IMG/VR virus record: IMGVR_UViG_3300045988_160394
Location: 32,001 to 96,000 of that record
Origin: a virus
Strand: one strand, 5' to 3'
Length of the DNA stretch: 64,000 bases
Part shown: piece by piece, positions 35,626 to 46,050 of the stretch
Layout of the letters: each line of letters opens with the position of its first letter
Position numbering within the stretch: position 1 is the first letter of the stretch
Position numbers and translations under genes: made by a program
The notes under the pieces: generated by a model
What the model saw: only the letters and a program-made list of their open reading frames with translations
The model's database searches: none
Told to the model about the DNA's origin: nothing

Positions 35626-35663
35626 ATATAGTAGAAGAGTCCCTTATCTTCCTCTATTGTTAT

Positions 35664-35738
35664 GGGAATATAGTACAAAGGTTAGTACAATCGGCTGTTA
35701 ACCGATAGATCCTGGTTCGATTCCATGTATTCCCGCCA
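35664..35738 (+). tRNA. tRNA-Asn (GUU), CCA encoded
   Basis: Acceptor gggaata/tattccc, loop ctGTTaa; one T-stem mismatch. Confidence 0.8.
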
Positions 35739-35840
35739 TTTACTTACTCTCACATATATCATAAATATATAATTAAATTTTTATTCAACAAAAAGTGTGC
35801 ACTTTATTTAACACAATGACATACTTAAACCCCTGTAATG

Positions 35841-35866
35841 AGAAGTCTCGAAAGAGGCTTCTTTTT
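35841..35866 (+). terminator. intrinsic terminator closing the tRNA cluster
   Basis: agaagtctc-gaaa-gaggcttct plus T5. Confidence 0.75.
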
Positions 35867-35909
35867 ATATAGATGGTCTTTTCAAATTAATATAAGGAGA
35901 ATGATTGAT

Positions 35910-36383
35910 ATGAATAATGTTATTGAAATTGATTTAGATAATCTTAATTCAAATGAAAACCAATCATTATTAGAAGTTATTAATAAGCTTAATGATAATG
36001 TTAAGGTTAGATTTAATTTTGATTATGAAGAAATTCTAGACATGTTTTATTTTTATGTTAAAATAAATAATGAGCATGTCCAAGATATAGAATCCTATTC
36101 ATGTATAGATCCAGAGATTACTTTAAAAGAAGATGGTAATATTTATTTTGATTTAGGATTTATAGATGATGAAGAAGATATTTCAGATATTAAGTTTTTA
36201 ATAGCTGAATTTAAACAAATGTTTGGAATAAACTTAAAAAGGCAAGTAAGATTAAAACAGTTATTACAAGTAATGTTTATGAATTGTAATGAATGCATCT
36301 TACAAAATAATTTTGTTTCTGTCAGTTACTATTATGAAAATTATAATAATAGCTGGTTAAAAAAATATATAGAAAATAATTAA
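35910..36383 (+). CDS. hypothetical protein
   Basis: ATG 35910 behind aaggaga; track start 35838 overlaps the terminator. Confidence 0.55.
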   Translation: MNNVIEIDLDNLNSNENQSLLEVINKLNDNVKVRFNFDYEEILDMFYFYVKINNEHVQDIESYSCIDPEITLKEDGNIYFDLGFIDDEEDISDIKFLIAEFKQMFGINLKRQVRLKQLLQVMFMNCNECILQNNFVSVSYYYENYNNSWLKKYIENN

Positions 36384-36406
36384 GATATGATTAGGAGGAA
36401 TTAGAT

Positions 36407-37231
36407 ATGAAAAATGTATGTATCAAATGTGGAAATGAAAACGAAAGAGCTTTCGTAGAAGGAAAATCAGAAGTATTACATGGAGTAACTTATGTTGCTT
36501 GCAAGGCTTGTGGTAACGTAATGCTTAAAATAGAAGGTAGAAAAGGATTATTACCTACACCTGAATATGATTCAATAATAACTAGATTAATGATGGCTGA
36601 CGCAGCTAAAGCTTGTGGATTACCATCTAATGTTGTAGCTATTAATGAAGAAGAATTAGTTAACAAATTCAATGAATATCTTGATTCATTAAAAGAAGAA
36701 AACTTAGAAGATGAATATGAAGATCCATGTGAAGATTGTGATGGTTATGGCGAAGATTGCTATGAGTGTGTATATGGAGATTATGAAGAAGAGGATGAAG
36801 AAGATTCAGATGAAACTATAGATGTAGAAGAAGCTATTTGTGGAGTTATCAACGGAATGATTAAAGCAATAAGATCTTCTTGTGAAGAGAATGAAGAAAA
36901 GACAACTTTAAAAATTAATAAAGACGGCTTTAATGTACAATTTAACGAAGGTAAGCTTAATGCTCCAATAGTATTTGGACCAGTTACAACTCCTGTAATA
37001 GAACCATTTACTTTTGCTAAAAAGCAACAAGCTCAACCAAATACTGTACACAGCACTAAAGAATCTTCTTCTGTATGCTACATGGCTATAACAACTAGTG
37101 GAGAAACTATTGTTAAACATGTAGTTAGTAGAGAATCTTTCTTAGATTACTTAAACAGAAATAGAATTGATGTTAAAGAAATCTATAGATGTGAAAAAGA
37201 AATAGTTAACAAAGAAACTAGATACGTTTAA
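36407..37231 (+). CDS. acidic protein with N-terminal zinc ribbon
   Basis: CIKCG...CKACG; D/E-rich centre. Confidence 0.6.
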   Translation: MKNVCIKCGNENERAFVEGKSEVLHGVTYVACKACGNVMLKIEGRKGLLPTPEYDSIITRLMMADAAKACGLPSNVVAINEEELVNKFNEYLDSLKEENLEDEYEDPCEDCDGYGEDCYECVYGDYEEEDEEDSDETIDVEEAICGVINGMIKAIRSSCEENEEKTTLKINKDGFNVQFNEGKLNAPIVFGPVTTPVIEPFTFAKKQQAQPNTVHSTKESSSVCYMAITTSGETIVKHVVSRESFLDYLNRNRIDVKEIYRCEKEIVNKETRYV

Positions 37232-37252
37232 TAGCTAATTCAATATAATAAT

Positions 37253-37286
37253 ATACACGGGGATTTTAATCTCCGTGTATTATTTT
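37253..37286 (+). terminator. intrinsic terminator
   Basis: atacacgg...ccgtgtat plus T-tract. Confidence 0.75.
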
Positions 37287-37395
37287 ATTTAAATTTTAAT
37301 AAAAAACAAAACTACTTATTCCCATATATGAAAATATATAGTATACTTAGTTTATAAGTTTTAAAAAAATTAAAAAATAAAAAGGTGAGTGTATT

Positions 37396-38172
37396 ATGGA
37401 TAGTGGAAAAATGTTTTTATGCTATGTACCTAAAAAGCATATTACAGATGCTTTAATAGATCAGGTAGACTGATTAATTGAAAACGAATATAGCAATTAT
37501 AATGATTGCGTTATTATAGATAATATAAGTAAGGGATATAGAATATATCCTAATGATTTAAAAGCTATGATGTCTAGATGTAGTTATAGTGAATTATTAG
37601 ATAATATATATGATAATATAAATAAAAATAAAACATCAATTATTTTAAATGATTTTGATATAGATATAGATGATTTAAAAGATGTTTATTCAGAAATTAT
37701 AAAAGAAAAGAATATAACCATTATTATTTTTAATAGCATTAGAACTGATAATGAAGATAAACTTATGATTAAAATTAAAAAAGATTTAAAAGAATTAAAA
37801 GAAGATAAGTGATCTGAATTAAAATCAGAAATCCTTGAACATATTGATGAATATATGGATAGATTTGATTCAAATAATGAAATTTTTGATCCAGAAGAGG
37901 ATAGTGACGATGAAGGGTTACAAGAATTATTAGATTTAATTAGCAAAGAATTATCAGAAGAATGTGAAGAAGATGAAGAATCTTATAATAGATTTGCTTT
38001 AAAAAGTATTAAAGAAAGTTATACTTATCAAAAGAAACAGGATGTATTATCAGTTTCTTTAACTACTGGTAACGACTTAATATTATCTGATGGAGAAGAA
38101 CAAATATTAATAAAAAATAATATGATTAATCATTTGTTAGAAACAATAGAACATATTAGAGGGAAAAAATAA
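37396..38172 (+). CDS. hypothetical acidic protein, two in-frame TGA (37471, 37810)
   Basis: ATG 37396 in frame with track ORFs 37567 and 37855. Confidence 0.55.
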
Positions 38173-38196
38173 AGTTCAAGGGGAGAATGCAAAAAT

Positions 38197-38877
38197 ATGA
38201 TTAAAGAAGAATATGGTTATTATGAAGATTTAAAAGAATACAGTAATGAGGCAATAGTAAAAAGAATACAGGAAACAGATGATCCTAGACTATGAGATGA
38301 ATTAGATAAAAGAACTAAAAGAGTATTTAGCTCAGTAATGAGAGATGAAGTTCATCCTTATTATAAAGAAAATATGAGAGATGATATCTTAAGCGTATTA
38401 AGAATAGGGTGAGTAAAAGCTGTTAAGACATATGATGAGTCAAAAGCTACAGCTGAATTTGTTCCTTATTGTAGTTTTATTATGTGACAAAATTATAGAA
38501 TGTTTGCTAGAAGAATTACTAAAGAAAAAGTAGGTAATTCAGTTAGAGACGAACCATTATCATGTGTATCAGCAGATGGTTATTCAGATAATGAAAAGAT
38601 GTCACAAGGTTGTATAGACATAATCATGAAACATGATTGTGAAGAATATAAAGCTATAGAATCAAAAGACTTTGTTAATAGCTTATTAGAAAAACTTAAA
38701 GAACATGATGAAGTTCAATATTTGATTATTAAGAAACATTGTATTGAAGGAATAACTCAAAAAGAGTTAGGACAAACATTACAAATGTCGCAATCATATA
38801 TATCAAGAAATATAAAAAAGGGAATGGCATTCTTAAAACAAGAGTTAATACTTGAAGGACAGAAATTAAAGATGTAA
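38197..38877 (+). CDS. sigma-70 family RNA polymerase sigma factor, three in-frame TGA (38293, 38410, 38485)
   Basis: Region 2-like DDILSVLRIG-W-VKAVKTYD, region 4 HTH GITQKELGQTLQMSQSYISRNIKKG. Confidence 0.8.
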
Positions 38878-38899
38878 AATTAAATTAGATAAAATAAAG

Positions 38900-38927
38900 G
38901 AACCAGATTTTATTGCTGGTTCTTTTT
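38900..38927 (+). terminator. intrinsic terminator
   Basis: gaaccag-loop-ctggttc plus T5. Confidence 0.75.
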
Positions 38928-38973
38928 ATTGTTTAATTTAAAAGAATATTATTATTTAGGAGGATGATTGAAA

Positions 38974-39600
38974 ATGGGAGTTATGCCAATGATAGTAGAA
39001 AAAGAAGGAAATATAGAAAGAACTTATGATCCTTACTCAAGATTATTAAAAGAAAGAATAATAATGGTGGAAGGAGCAATAAATACTCAAATGGCAAATA
39101 TAATAGTAGCTCAATTACTATTATTAGAAATGCAAGATCCAGATGCTGATATTACTATGTATATAAACTCACCAGGTGGAGAAGTTATGGCTGGATTAGC
39201 AATAGCTGATACAATGGAATTTATATCTTGTGATGTAGTAACATTAGGAATAGGAATGCAAGCTAGTATGGGTTCATTCTTATTAGCATCAGGAACTCAA
39301 GGAAAAAGATATGCTTTAAAAAGAAGTTCAATAATGATTCATAGATTATCAAGTGGAACTAATGGTGATTATCATAGCATAGAAGCTAATTTTGAACACA
39401 TAAAGAAATTACATGAGGATTTAACTAAAGATTATGTTAGATTATCAGGAGGAAAAACTTCATACGAAAAATTCCAAGAATTAATGAGATATGATAATTG
39501 GTTATCTCTTGAAGACGCTATTAAATATGGAATAATAGATCATATTATCTCAGATAGAAAATCTTTTAAAAAGGCTCTAGATGGTGACAAAGATGAATAA
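38974..39600 (+). CDS. clpP: ClpP protease subunit
   Basis: YINSPGGEV, GMQASMGSFLL (Ser), MIHRLS (His), EDAIKYGIID. Confidence 0.85.
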   Translation: MGVMPMIVEKEGNIERTYDPYSRLLKERIIMVEGAINTQMANIIVAQLLLLEMQDPDADITMYINSPGGEVMAGLAIADTMEFISCDVVTLGIGMQASMGSFLLASGTQGKRYALKRSSIMIHRLSSGTNGDYHSIEANFEHIKKLHEDLTKDYVRLSGGKTSYEKFQELMRYDNWLSLEDAIKYGIIDHIISDRKSFKKALDGDKDE

Positions 39601-40408
39601 AGATATATTAATAGCTAAGAATGATTTTGAAGGGGTAGCTTCTGCTATCATTCTTCATCATTTATTCAATGGACAAGTAGAAATAAAGTTTTATCCTTAT
39701 AATGAACCAATAGATAAAATAGAAACAGAAAGTTGTGATATGATTTATTTATTAGGTTTAAATAAAAACAATTTAACAGGAGAGTATGATAATATAACAT
39801 GTTTAGGTTCACCAGAAGAAGTTATTGATTTAGCTAAAGCAACTAATCCTAAACTATTTAAGAATAGTAAGTTACAAGAATTCTGTAGACATACTATTGC
39901 TTATTTAGATTGGTCATGGAAAGATAAAGAATTATATTACGGAAAGAATATAGATGAATTAAGTAAATATTACAATAAAGCAAAATTAGTAGAAACTATT
40001 TCTAAAAGGATAGCTAATAAACAAGAATTAGTTACTGATGTTGAAAGACAATTAATAGTTTTCTCTAAAAAGCTTATAAGTGATTATATAGATAAAAAGA
40101 ATTATAATGTTACTTTCTTAAATGGGAAGAAAATAATATATACTTTTAGTGAAATAAATGAAATAGAATTAGCTAATAAATTAATAGAAAAAGAAGATGC
40201 AGATATGATTATAATAGCTAATTTAAACAATGGTATTGCTAGAATAAAAGCTAAAAAAGCTAAAGAATTTGAATCAGTGATATTAAATCAAGATGGAAGA
40301 GTTCATAGTAATGGTGGTACTATAAAAATAAAATCAGAGGTTATTGACGAAATAAATAATATAGTCTTTACAGATTATTTATTAAAGATATTGACAGGAG
40401 GAAATTAA
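39593..40408 (+). CDS. hypothetical protein, weak DHH-like N-terminus (NDFEGVAS)
   Basis: ATG 39593 in frame with track ORF. Confidence 0.5.
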   Translation: MNKDILIAKNDFEGVASAIILHHLFNGQVEIKFYPYNEPIDKIETESCDMIYLLGLNKNNLTGEYDNITCLGSPEEVIDLAKATNPKLFKNSKLQEFCRHTIAYLDWSWKDKELYYGKNIDELSKYYNKAKLVETISKRIANKQELVTDVERQLIVFSKKLISDYIDKKNYNVTFLNGKKIIYTFSEINEIELANKLIEKEDADMIIIANLNNGIARIKAKKAKEFESVILNQDGRVHSNGGTIKIKSEVIDEINNIVFTDYLLKILTGGN

Positions 40409-40410
40409 AT

Positions 40411-41637
40411 ATGAGAGTATGCTGTTTTTGTGGAAAGAAAATAGAAACAAAAGAAAATGAAGACGTAAAAATAGATGATATAATGATGATATCTCAAGAC
40501 GAAGACTATGCTATTTGTGGTCAATGTTTAAAAGAAGGATATTCAACATTATTAGAAGCTATGAAAGAAGAGGAAATAGAAATAGATGAGGATTTAACTC
40601 CTAAAAATCTTAAAGACAGATTAGATCAATGGATAATAGGTCAAGATTTAGCTAAGAAAAGATTAGCAATAGCTATTTATGACCATTATAAAAGAATACA
40701 TCAACCTGTTAATATTGATGATGATGTAGTAATAGAAAAATCTAATATTATATTAATTGGTTCTACTGGTAGTGGTAAAACAGCTTTATTAAAAGCTTTA
40801 TCTAAAGAATTAGATTTACCTTTATTAATAGAAGATGTTACTACTATAACTACTACTGGATATCAAGGTAGAAACATAGAAGATGTATTAAGTGGATTAC
40901 TTTCTGAAACTAATGGAGACGTAGATCTTGCTCAACAAGGTATAGTTTTATTAGATGAAGGTGATAAATTAAGAAAACAACCTGACGCTTCTGGTAATAG
41001 AGATGTAAAAGGAGAAGGAGTTCAACAAGGATTATTAAAAGTTGTTGAAGGTGGTGTATTTGATGTTAAATACAAAGGTATGCCAATTAAATTTGATACA
41101 TCTAATGTTTTATTTATATTAGCAGGTGCTTTTGAAGGTATAGAAAAGATAATAGCTAAAAGACAAAAAGAAAAAGCAAACATTAAAACAAATGGAGGAT
41201 TTTTAGCTCCTATAGCATCAGCAAAAGATGAAAAAGGTTTTAATGATTATATTCTTGATGTTAAGCATATAGATTTAAAAAATTATGGAATGATGCCAGA
41301 ATTATTAGGTAGATTCCCAGTTATAACTCCATTACAAGAATTATCAGTAGAAGCTTTAGTTGAAATACTAACTGAACCTAAGAATGCTATAGTTAGTCAA
41401 ATTAAAAAAAGCTTTGGATTTGATAATGTAGAAATAGAGTTTACTAAAGGTGCTTTACAAGCTATAGCTAAAAAAGCAAAAGAAAGACAAATAGGAGCTA
41501 GAGCGTTAAGAAGTATTATAGAAGAAATAATCGAAGATGCTAAGTTCGAATGTCCAGGATCAGATATTAAAAAAGTAATAATCAATGATTATTTACAATT
41601 AAAATATATAAAAAATGAAGAAGAAAAAGAAATTTAA
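40411..41637 (+). CDS. clpX: ClpX ATPase/unfoldase
   Basis: N-terminal CCFCG...CGQC zinc module, Walker A GSTGSGKT, Walker B VLLDEGDK, sensor region. Confidence 0.85.
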   Translation: MRVCCFCGKKIETKENEDVKIDDIMMISQDEDYAICGQCLKEGYSTLLEAMKEEEIEIDEDLTPKNLKDRLDQWIIGQDLAKKRLAIAIYDHYKRIHQPVNIDDDVVIEKSNIILIGSTGSGKTALLKALSKELDLPLLIEDVTTITTTGYQGRNIEDVLSGLLSETNGDVDLAQQGIVLLDEGDKLRKQPDASGNRDVKGEGVQQGLLKVVEGGVFDVKYKGMPIKFDTSNVLFILAGAFEGIEKIIAKRQKEKANIKTNGGFLAPIASAKDEKGFNDYILDVKHIDLKNYGMMPELLGRFPVITPLQELSVEALVEILTEPKNAIVSQIKKSFGFDNVEIEFTKGALQAIAKKAKERQIGARALRSIIEEIIEDAKFECPGSDIKKVIINDYLQLKYIKNEEEKEI

Positions 41638-41663
41638 ATTTTAGAATATTGGAGGTAACAATA

Positions 41664-42380
41664 ATGGAAAATTTCATTAACGAACAAATCGAAATCTTAA
41701 AAAAGGAAATGGAATCTTTAAGTGATCCATATCAAAAAGCACATATAAGAGTGCTATTAATAACTGCTTTAAGTGGTTTATCAGCTATAGGGGATGTTTC
41801 TGAATTACCTATCGAAACTGGTAAAGAAACTATAAAAGAAGATAAGGTTAAGAAAACTTCTAAGGCTAAGAAGGAAGAAAAGAAAGAAACAAAATCAACT
41901 AAGACTTCTAAAAAAGAAACTAAAGAAGAAGTTAAGGAAGAAGTAGTTGAAGAAACTCCAGTTGAATCAGCTGAAGAAAAGATAGATGAACCTATTCCAG
42001 TAGATTTAGATGCTAGTGCAGAAGAAGAAGCTGTTGAACCTATCATAATCGAAACTGAAGAAGGAGATCTAGATATTACAGAAGCTTATATGAAGTTAAA
42101 ATCTATAGAAGATGAAGACTTAAGAGCTGAAATCGCTATGAACTTAACATACTATAACTTACTACCAACTTATGAAACTTTAAATAAGTTAGCTGATGGA
42201 GAAATGAAGATGAGATTAGCTTCATATATCCAAGATTATGGTTTAGAAGAAATAAATGCTGCTATAAATGACTTAACAGATGGTCAATTCTCAGACATTT
42301 ATGAATTCGTTAACGATGATAATGTAGAAGGAATAGTTTCTCAACTAGATGAAATGGCTAGTGATGGAGAAGAAGAGTAA
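41664..42380 (+). CDS. acidic K/E-rich protein
   Basis: ATG 41664 behind ggaggt. Confidence 0.55.
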   Translation: MENFINEQIEILKKEMESLSDPYQKAHIRVLLITALSGLSAIGDVSELPIETGKETIKEDKVKKTSKAKKEEKKETKSTKTSKKETKEEVKEEVVEETPVESAEEKIDEPIPVDLDASAEEEAVEPIIIETEEGDLDITEAYMKLKSIEDEDLRAEIAMNLTYYNLLPTYETLNKLADGEMKMRLASYIQDYGLEEINAAINDLTDGQFSDIYEFVNDDNVEGIVSQLDEMASDGEEE

Positions 42381-42450
42381 AAATACTTGCAAATAGGACA
42401 AGTTAAATATAAAATATAATAGAGGATTACTTCTCTATAATCATAGTATT

Positions 42451-42482
42451 GCCCCCAACAATAAATAACGGGGGCTTTTTTA
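42451..42482 (+). terminator. intrinsic terminator
   Basis: gccccc...gggggc plus T7. Confidence 0.8.
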
Positions 42483-42536
42483 ATGTACAAAATGAATTAT
42501 AAAAAAAATAAATTGAAAAATCAGGAGGATTTAATT

Positions 42537-43331
42537 ATGAATATCGTATTATTACAAGGAAGAATACCATTTGAACCAAACTTTTTCGAGGCTAAAGATG
42601 ACAAGAAGGCATTTGCTACTTTTACACTTGCTGTTAATACAGGAGTAAAAGATGATGACACAGGTTATTATAAAGAAGATTTATTCAGATGTACAACATC
42701 AGGTGGATGGGCTGAAAACTTACACAAGAATTGGAACAACAAAATGATTGTTGATGTTTATGGAAAATTAGTAATGGGTAAGGATTACGAAAAAGATGGA
42801 GAGATCGTTAAAGGACAACCAGAATTAAGAGTATTATCTATTCATAGCTACAATACATTAGATGTTACTGTTGTAAGAGCTAAAATTCCTAACTTTGAAA
42901 ATGCTATATACTTCAAAGAAGCTGAAGGAGATAAAAAAGCATTTGCTAATGTTAAATTAGCAATATCAACAGGAGTTAAAGAAGGAGATTACTATAAAGA
43001 AAGAATAGTAACTGCTAAAGCTTTTGGTGGTACAGCAGAATTCTTAAATAAATACTATCAAAATGGAGACTTCATAACAGTTGAAGGGAAGTATGTTGAT
43101 GGTCAAGATTATGAAAAAGATGGTGAAATGGTTAAAGCTATGCCTGAATTAATAATCAATAACATTCACGGATTCCCAAGAAGAAAAGAAGGAGAAGACG
43201 AAGGAAAGAGTAAGAGCCCTGCTAAGAAAGCACCTGGAATAGCAAAAGGAGCAGGATCTAAAACACCTGGCGTAGGCACAAAGAAAATAGGTGGAGGTCT
43301 TAAAAAACTAGGTGGCTTAAAGAAGAAATAA
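42537..43331 (+). CDS. ssb: single-stranded DNA-binding protein with two tandem OB folds and Gly/Lys-rich tail
   Basis: Internal repeat (KKAFATFTLAVNTGVKD... / KKAFANVKLAISTGVKE...); aggagga RBS before ATG 42537. Confidence 0.7.
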   Translation: MNIVLLQGRIPFEPNFFEAKDDKKAFATFTLAVNTGVKDDDTGYYKEDLFRCTTSGGWAENLHKNWNNKMIVDVYGKLVMGKDYEKDGEIVKGQPELRVLSIHSYNTLDVTVVRAKIPNFENAIYFKEAEGDKKAFANVKLAISTGVKEGDYYKERIVTAKAFGGTAEFLNKYYQNGDFITVEGKYVDGQDYEKDGEMVKAMPELIINNIHGFPRRKEGEDEGKSKSPAKKAPGIAKGAGSKTPGVGTKKIGGGLKKLGGLKKK

Positions 43332-43351
43332 TATTATAGGAGTGATACTTA

Positions 43352-43783
43352 GTGAGTATGGATAAAATAGACCAATTAATTGAAGATGGTATCAAAGAAA
43401 TAGATGCCGAAATAAAAAAAGATGATGATATAAGAGAGTTTGCTGAGTATCTTGCTAGAAACTTAGCTCAAACTCCAGTTTTAAGAGTTAACATTGCAAA
43501 TAAAGTTTTCATTCTATCAATGAGAATGGTTAAATTAACAGATGGAAGTGGTAGAACAGAAATTTTATTAGCTGCTGCTGATGAAGTAAAACAAAAATTG
43601 TATGGTAACACATATACACCTGCTTTATATACTGCTGAATTCAATGATATGTATACACTAGAAGAAAACTGTCAAACTTTATTATCAGCTTTTATTGGTC
43701 ATGTTACTGGCAATATGAAAATAGAAACTCTTGAAGAAGATGACGGAGTAGCTAAGGTTGCTAGAGAAAAAGACATGGAATAA
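43352..43783 (+). CDS. hypothetical protein
   Basis: ORF track. Confidence 0.55.
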   Translation: MSMDKIDQLIEDGIKEIDAEIKKDDDIREFAEYLARNLAQTPVLRVNIANKVFILSMRMVKLTDGSGRTEILLAAADEVKQKLYGNTYTPALYTAEFNDMYTLEENCQTLLSAFIGHVTGNMKIETLEEDDGVAKVAREKDME

Positions 43784-43851
43784 TTATATAAGAGAGTTAT
43801 TGCTTTTAATAGCTCTCTTGTATTAACATTTTTGTTATGGAGGAGATTTGT

Positions 43852-45804
43852 ATGGAAAAGAAAAAATTGACTTTAAAATCTAAAAAAACACAAGTAGAGA
43901 AAAGTCAAATACCTGATGTTCCTGTATCAGATGTAACAATAGATACACTTTCTGATAGAGATCATGTTAGATTAAGAAGAGGAATGTACCTTCCTAATAT
44001 GAATTATTGTGCATATGAAATTATGGATAACTCAGTTGATGAATTTATGGCTGGTGTTTGTAAAAACATATTATTACAAATAGAACCAGATAAGAAAATG
44101 ATTATTCAAGATGACGGTAGAGGAGTTCCTTTACAACCATCTAAACAAGATCCTAATAAGCCAATGGTTCAAGTTGCATTAGGAGAATTAAAATCAGGTG
44201 GTAAATTCAATCAAAAGAAAGATAATGCTGTTAAGACAGGTGGTTTACATGGAACAGGAGCTTCAGCAGTTAACTTTACTTGTGATGAGTTCAAAGCTGT
44301 TGTTACTCAAAATGGAGAACAATATGAAATAGCATGGACTAAAGGATTATTAACTGAACCACTTAAACATATAGGTTCTGCTCCAGAAGGATTAGAACAT
44401 GGTACATTAATCGAACTTAAACCTGATATGGGAATATGGGGCGAAAGTGATTATGATTTAAAAGCTATCGAAAAGAGAGCTGAACAATTAACATTTTTAA
44501 ATGCAGGATTAAATATTATTTTAGACATAGATTATAACAATGTCAAAATAGAAAAAGAAATATGTAATCCAGAAGGATTACCAGCTTATATATTAAAACT
44601 TTCTGAAAAGAAAGAATCTATTGTAGATCCAATTAGTATAAGTGGTAAATTTAATCATCCTAAATTAGGTGATGTAGATGTAGAAATAGCTTTATCTTAT
44701 AACACTGGTTATAATGAAGAAATATATGCATTTACTAATAATATCCCTAATCCATTAGGAGGACATCATTTAACAGGCTTTAAAGAAGGATTATATAAAT
44801 CAATAAACAATTATTATATAGATAATACAAAAGGTAAAACTGTTGATTTAGAATCATCTGATTGTAGAGAAGGATTAATAGCAGTAATATCTGTTAAACT
44901 AGCCGATCCAGTTTTCGATGGACAAGGTAAAGCTAAATTAGATATGCCAGCTATAAGATCTATAGTTAAAGATTCTGTAATTGAAATGATGGATGATTAT
45001 TTAGATAAGAATCCTAATCAAGCTAAATTAATAGTTGCTAAAGCATTACAAGCTCAATTAACTAGAGAATCTGTAAGAAAAGCTAGAGAGACAACTAGAG
45101 CAGGTAAAAACGCTTTTACAGGAAAACCTCCTAAATTAGCAGGATGTACTAGTAAAAATCCAGAAGAATGTGAATTATGGATAGTTGAAGGAGATTCAGC
45201 TGCTGGTACTGCAAAGAAAGCTAGAGATAAGAAAACTCAAGCTATTTTACCTATATTCGGTAAGATAAATAATCCTTATAATATAACATTAGAAGAGTGT
45301 TATAAATCTCCTAAGCTAAAAGATGCTATAACAGCATTTGGTACAGATATAGGAGAGAACTTTAATATAGAAAACTTAAATTATCATAAAATAATAATAA
45401 TGTCAGATGCCGATGTCGATGGACTTCATATTCAAACATTATGGATGGCATTTATGTATAAATTCTTTAGACCAATCGTAGAAGCTGGTCATTTATATCT
45501 ATCTTGTCCACCTTTATTTAAAGTTACTAAAGGTAAGAAAGAAAAATTCTGTTATACTGTAGAAGAAAAAGATCAAGCTATAGCTGAATTTGGTGGTGGA
45601 GAAGCACAAAGATATAAAGGATTAGGAGAAATGAATGAAAAAGAATTAGGCCCATCTACTATGGATATTGATACTAGAGTACTAATTCAAGTTACTTGTG
45701 AAGATGCAGAATCTGCTGAATCAATATTAGATATATGTATGGGTAATGACGCATCATTAAGAAAAGACTTATTATTAAGTGATGTCGATATGGATTTAGT
45801 ATAG
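43852..45804 (+). CDS. gyrB: type IIA topoisomerase subunit B (GyrB/ParE-like)
   Basis: EIMDNSVDE, GGLHGTGASAVN, TOPRIM EGDSAAG, IMSDADVDGLHI, PPLFKV. Confidence 0.85.
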   Translation: MEKKKLTLKSKKTQVEKSQIPDVPVSDVTIDTLSDRDHVRLRRGMYLPNMNYCAYEIMDNSVDEFMAGVCKNILLQIEPDKKMIIQDDGRGVPLQPSKQDPNKPMVQVALGELKSGGKFNQKKDNAVKTGGLHGTGASAVNFTCDEFKAVVTQNGEQYEIAWTKGLLTEPLKHIGSAPEGLEHGTLIELKPDMGIWGESDYDLKAIEKRAEQLTFLNAGLNIILDIDYNNVKIEKEICNPEGLPAYILKLSEKKESIVDPISISGKFNHPKLGDVDVEIALSYNTGYNEEIYAFTNNIPNPLGGHHLTGFKEGLYKSINNYYIDNTKGKTVDLESSDCREGLIAVISVKLADPVFDGQGKAKLDMPAIRSIVKDSVIEMMDDYLDKNPNQAKLIVAKALQAQLTRESVRKARETTRAGKNAFTGKPPKLAGCTSKNPEECELWIVEGDSAAGTAKKARDKKTQAILPIFGKINNPYNITLEECYKSPKLKDAITAFGTDIGENFNIENLNYHKIIIMSDADVDGLHIQTLWMAFMYKFFRPIVEAGHLYLSCPPLFKVTKGKKEKFCYTVEEKDQAIAEFGGGEAQRYKGLGEMNEKELGPSTMDIDTRVLIQVTCEDAESAESILDICMGNDASLRKDLLLSDVDMDLV

Positions 45805-45816
45805 GAGGTAATTGAT

Positions 45817-46050
45817 ATGGCAGAAAGAATTATACAAAAAGAATTAGCAGAAGCTATGGCTCCAAGATATAAATCTTATGGTTTATATGTTGTTAAAGAT
45901 AGAGCTTTACCTAGCTTATATTCTGGTTGTAAACCCGTTCTTCAAAGATCATTGTACTCAATGTTTGAAATGGGATTAAAAAGTACAGCTAAGATAAAAA
46001 AATCTGCTAGAGTTGTTGGAGATGTAATAGGTAAATATCATCCACACGGT
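45817..46050 (+). CDS. gyrA: type IIA topoisomerase subunit A, exon 1
   Basis: Ends ...VIGKYHPHG; conserved continuation D.SVYDTIVR resumes at 47313. Confidence 0.8.

Noticed and set aside
11219-35909. ORF-track start codons at 11219 and 35838
   Set aside because: Both N-terminal extensions run through clear upstream terminator hairpins (11237..11264 and 35841..35866). Internal ATGs with good RBSs (11294 and 35910) are more plausible.
41840-42000. Periodic K/E/T-rich nucleotide repeats (also 61100..61500) as tandem repeats or CRISPR-like arrays
   Set aside because: They are in-frame low-complexity coding segments (KKE/KEE runs) inside long ORFs. The units are irregular, with no spacer structure.
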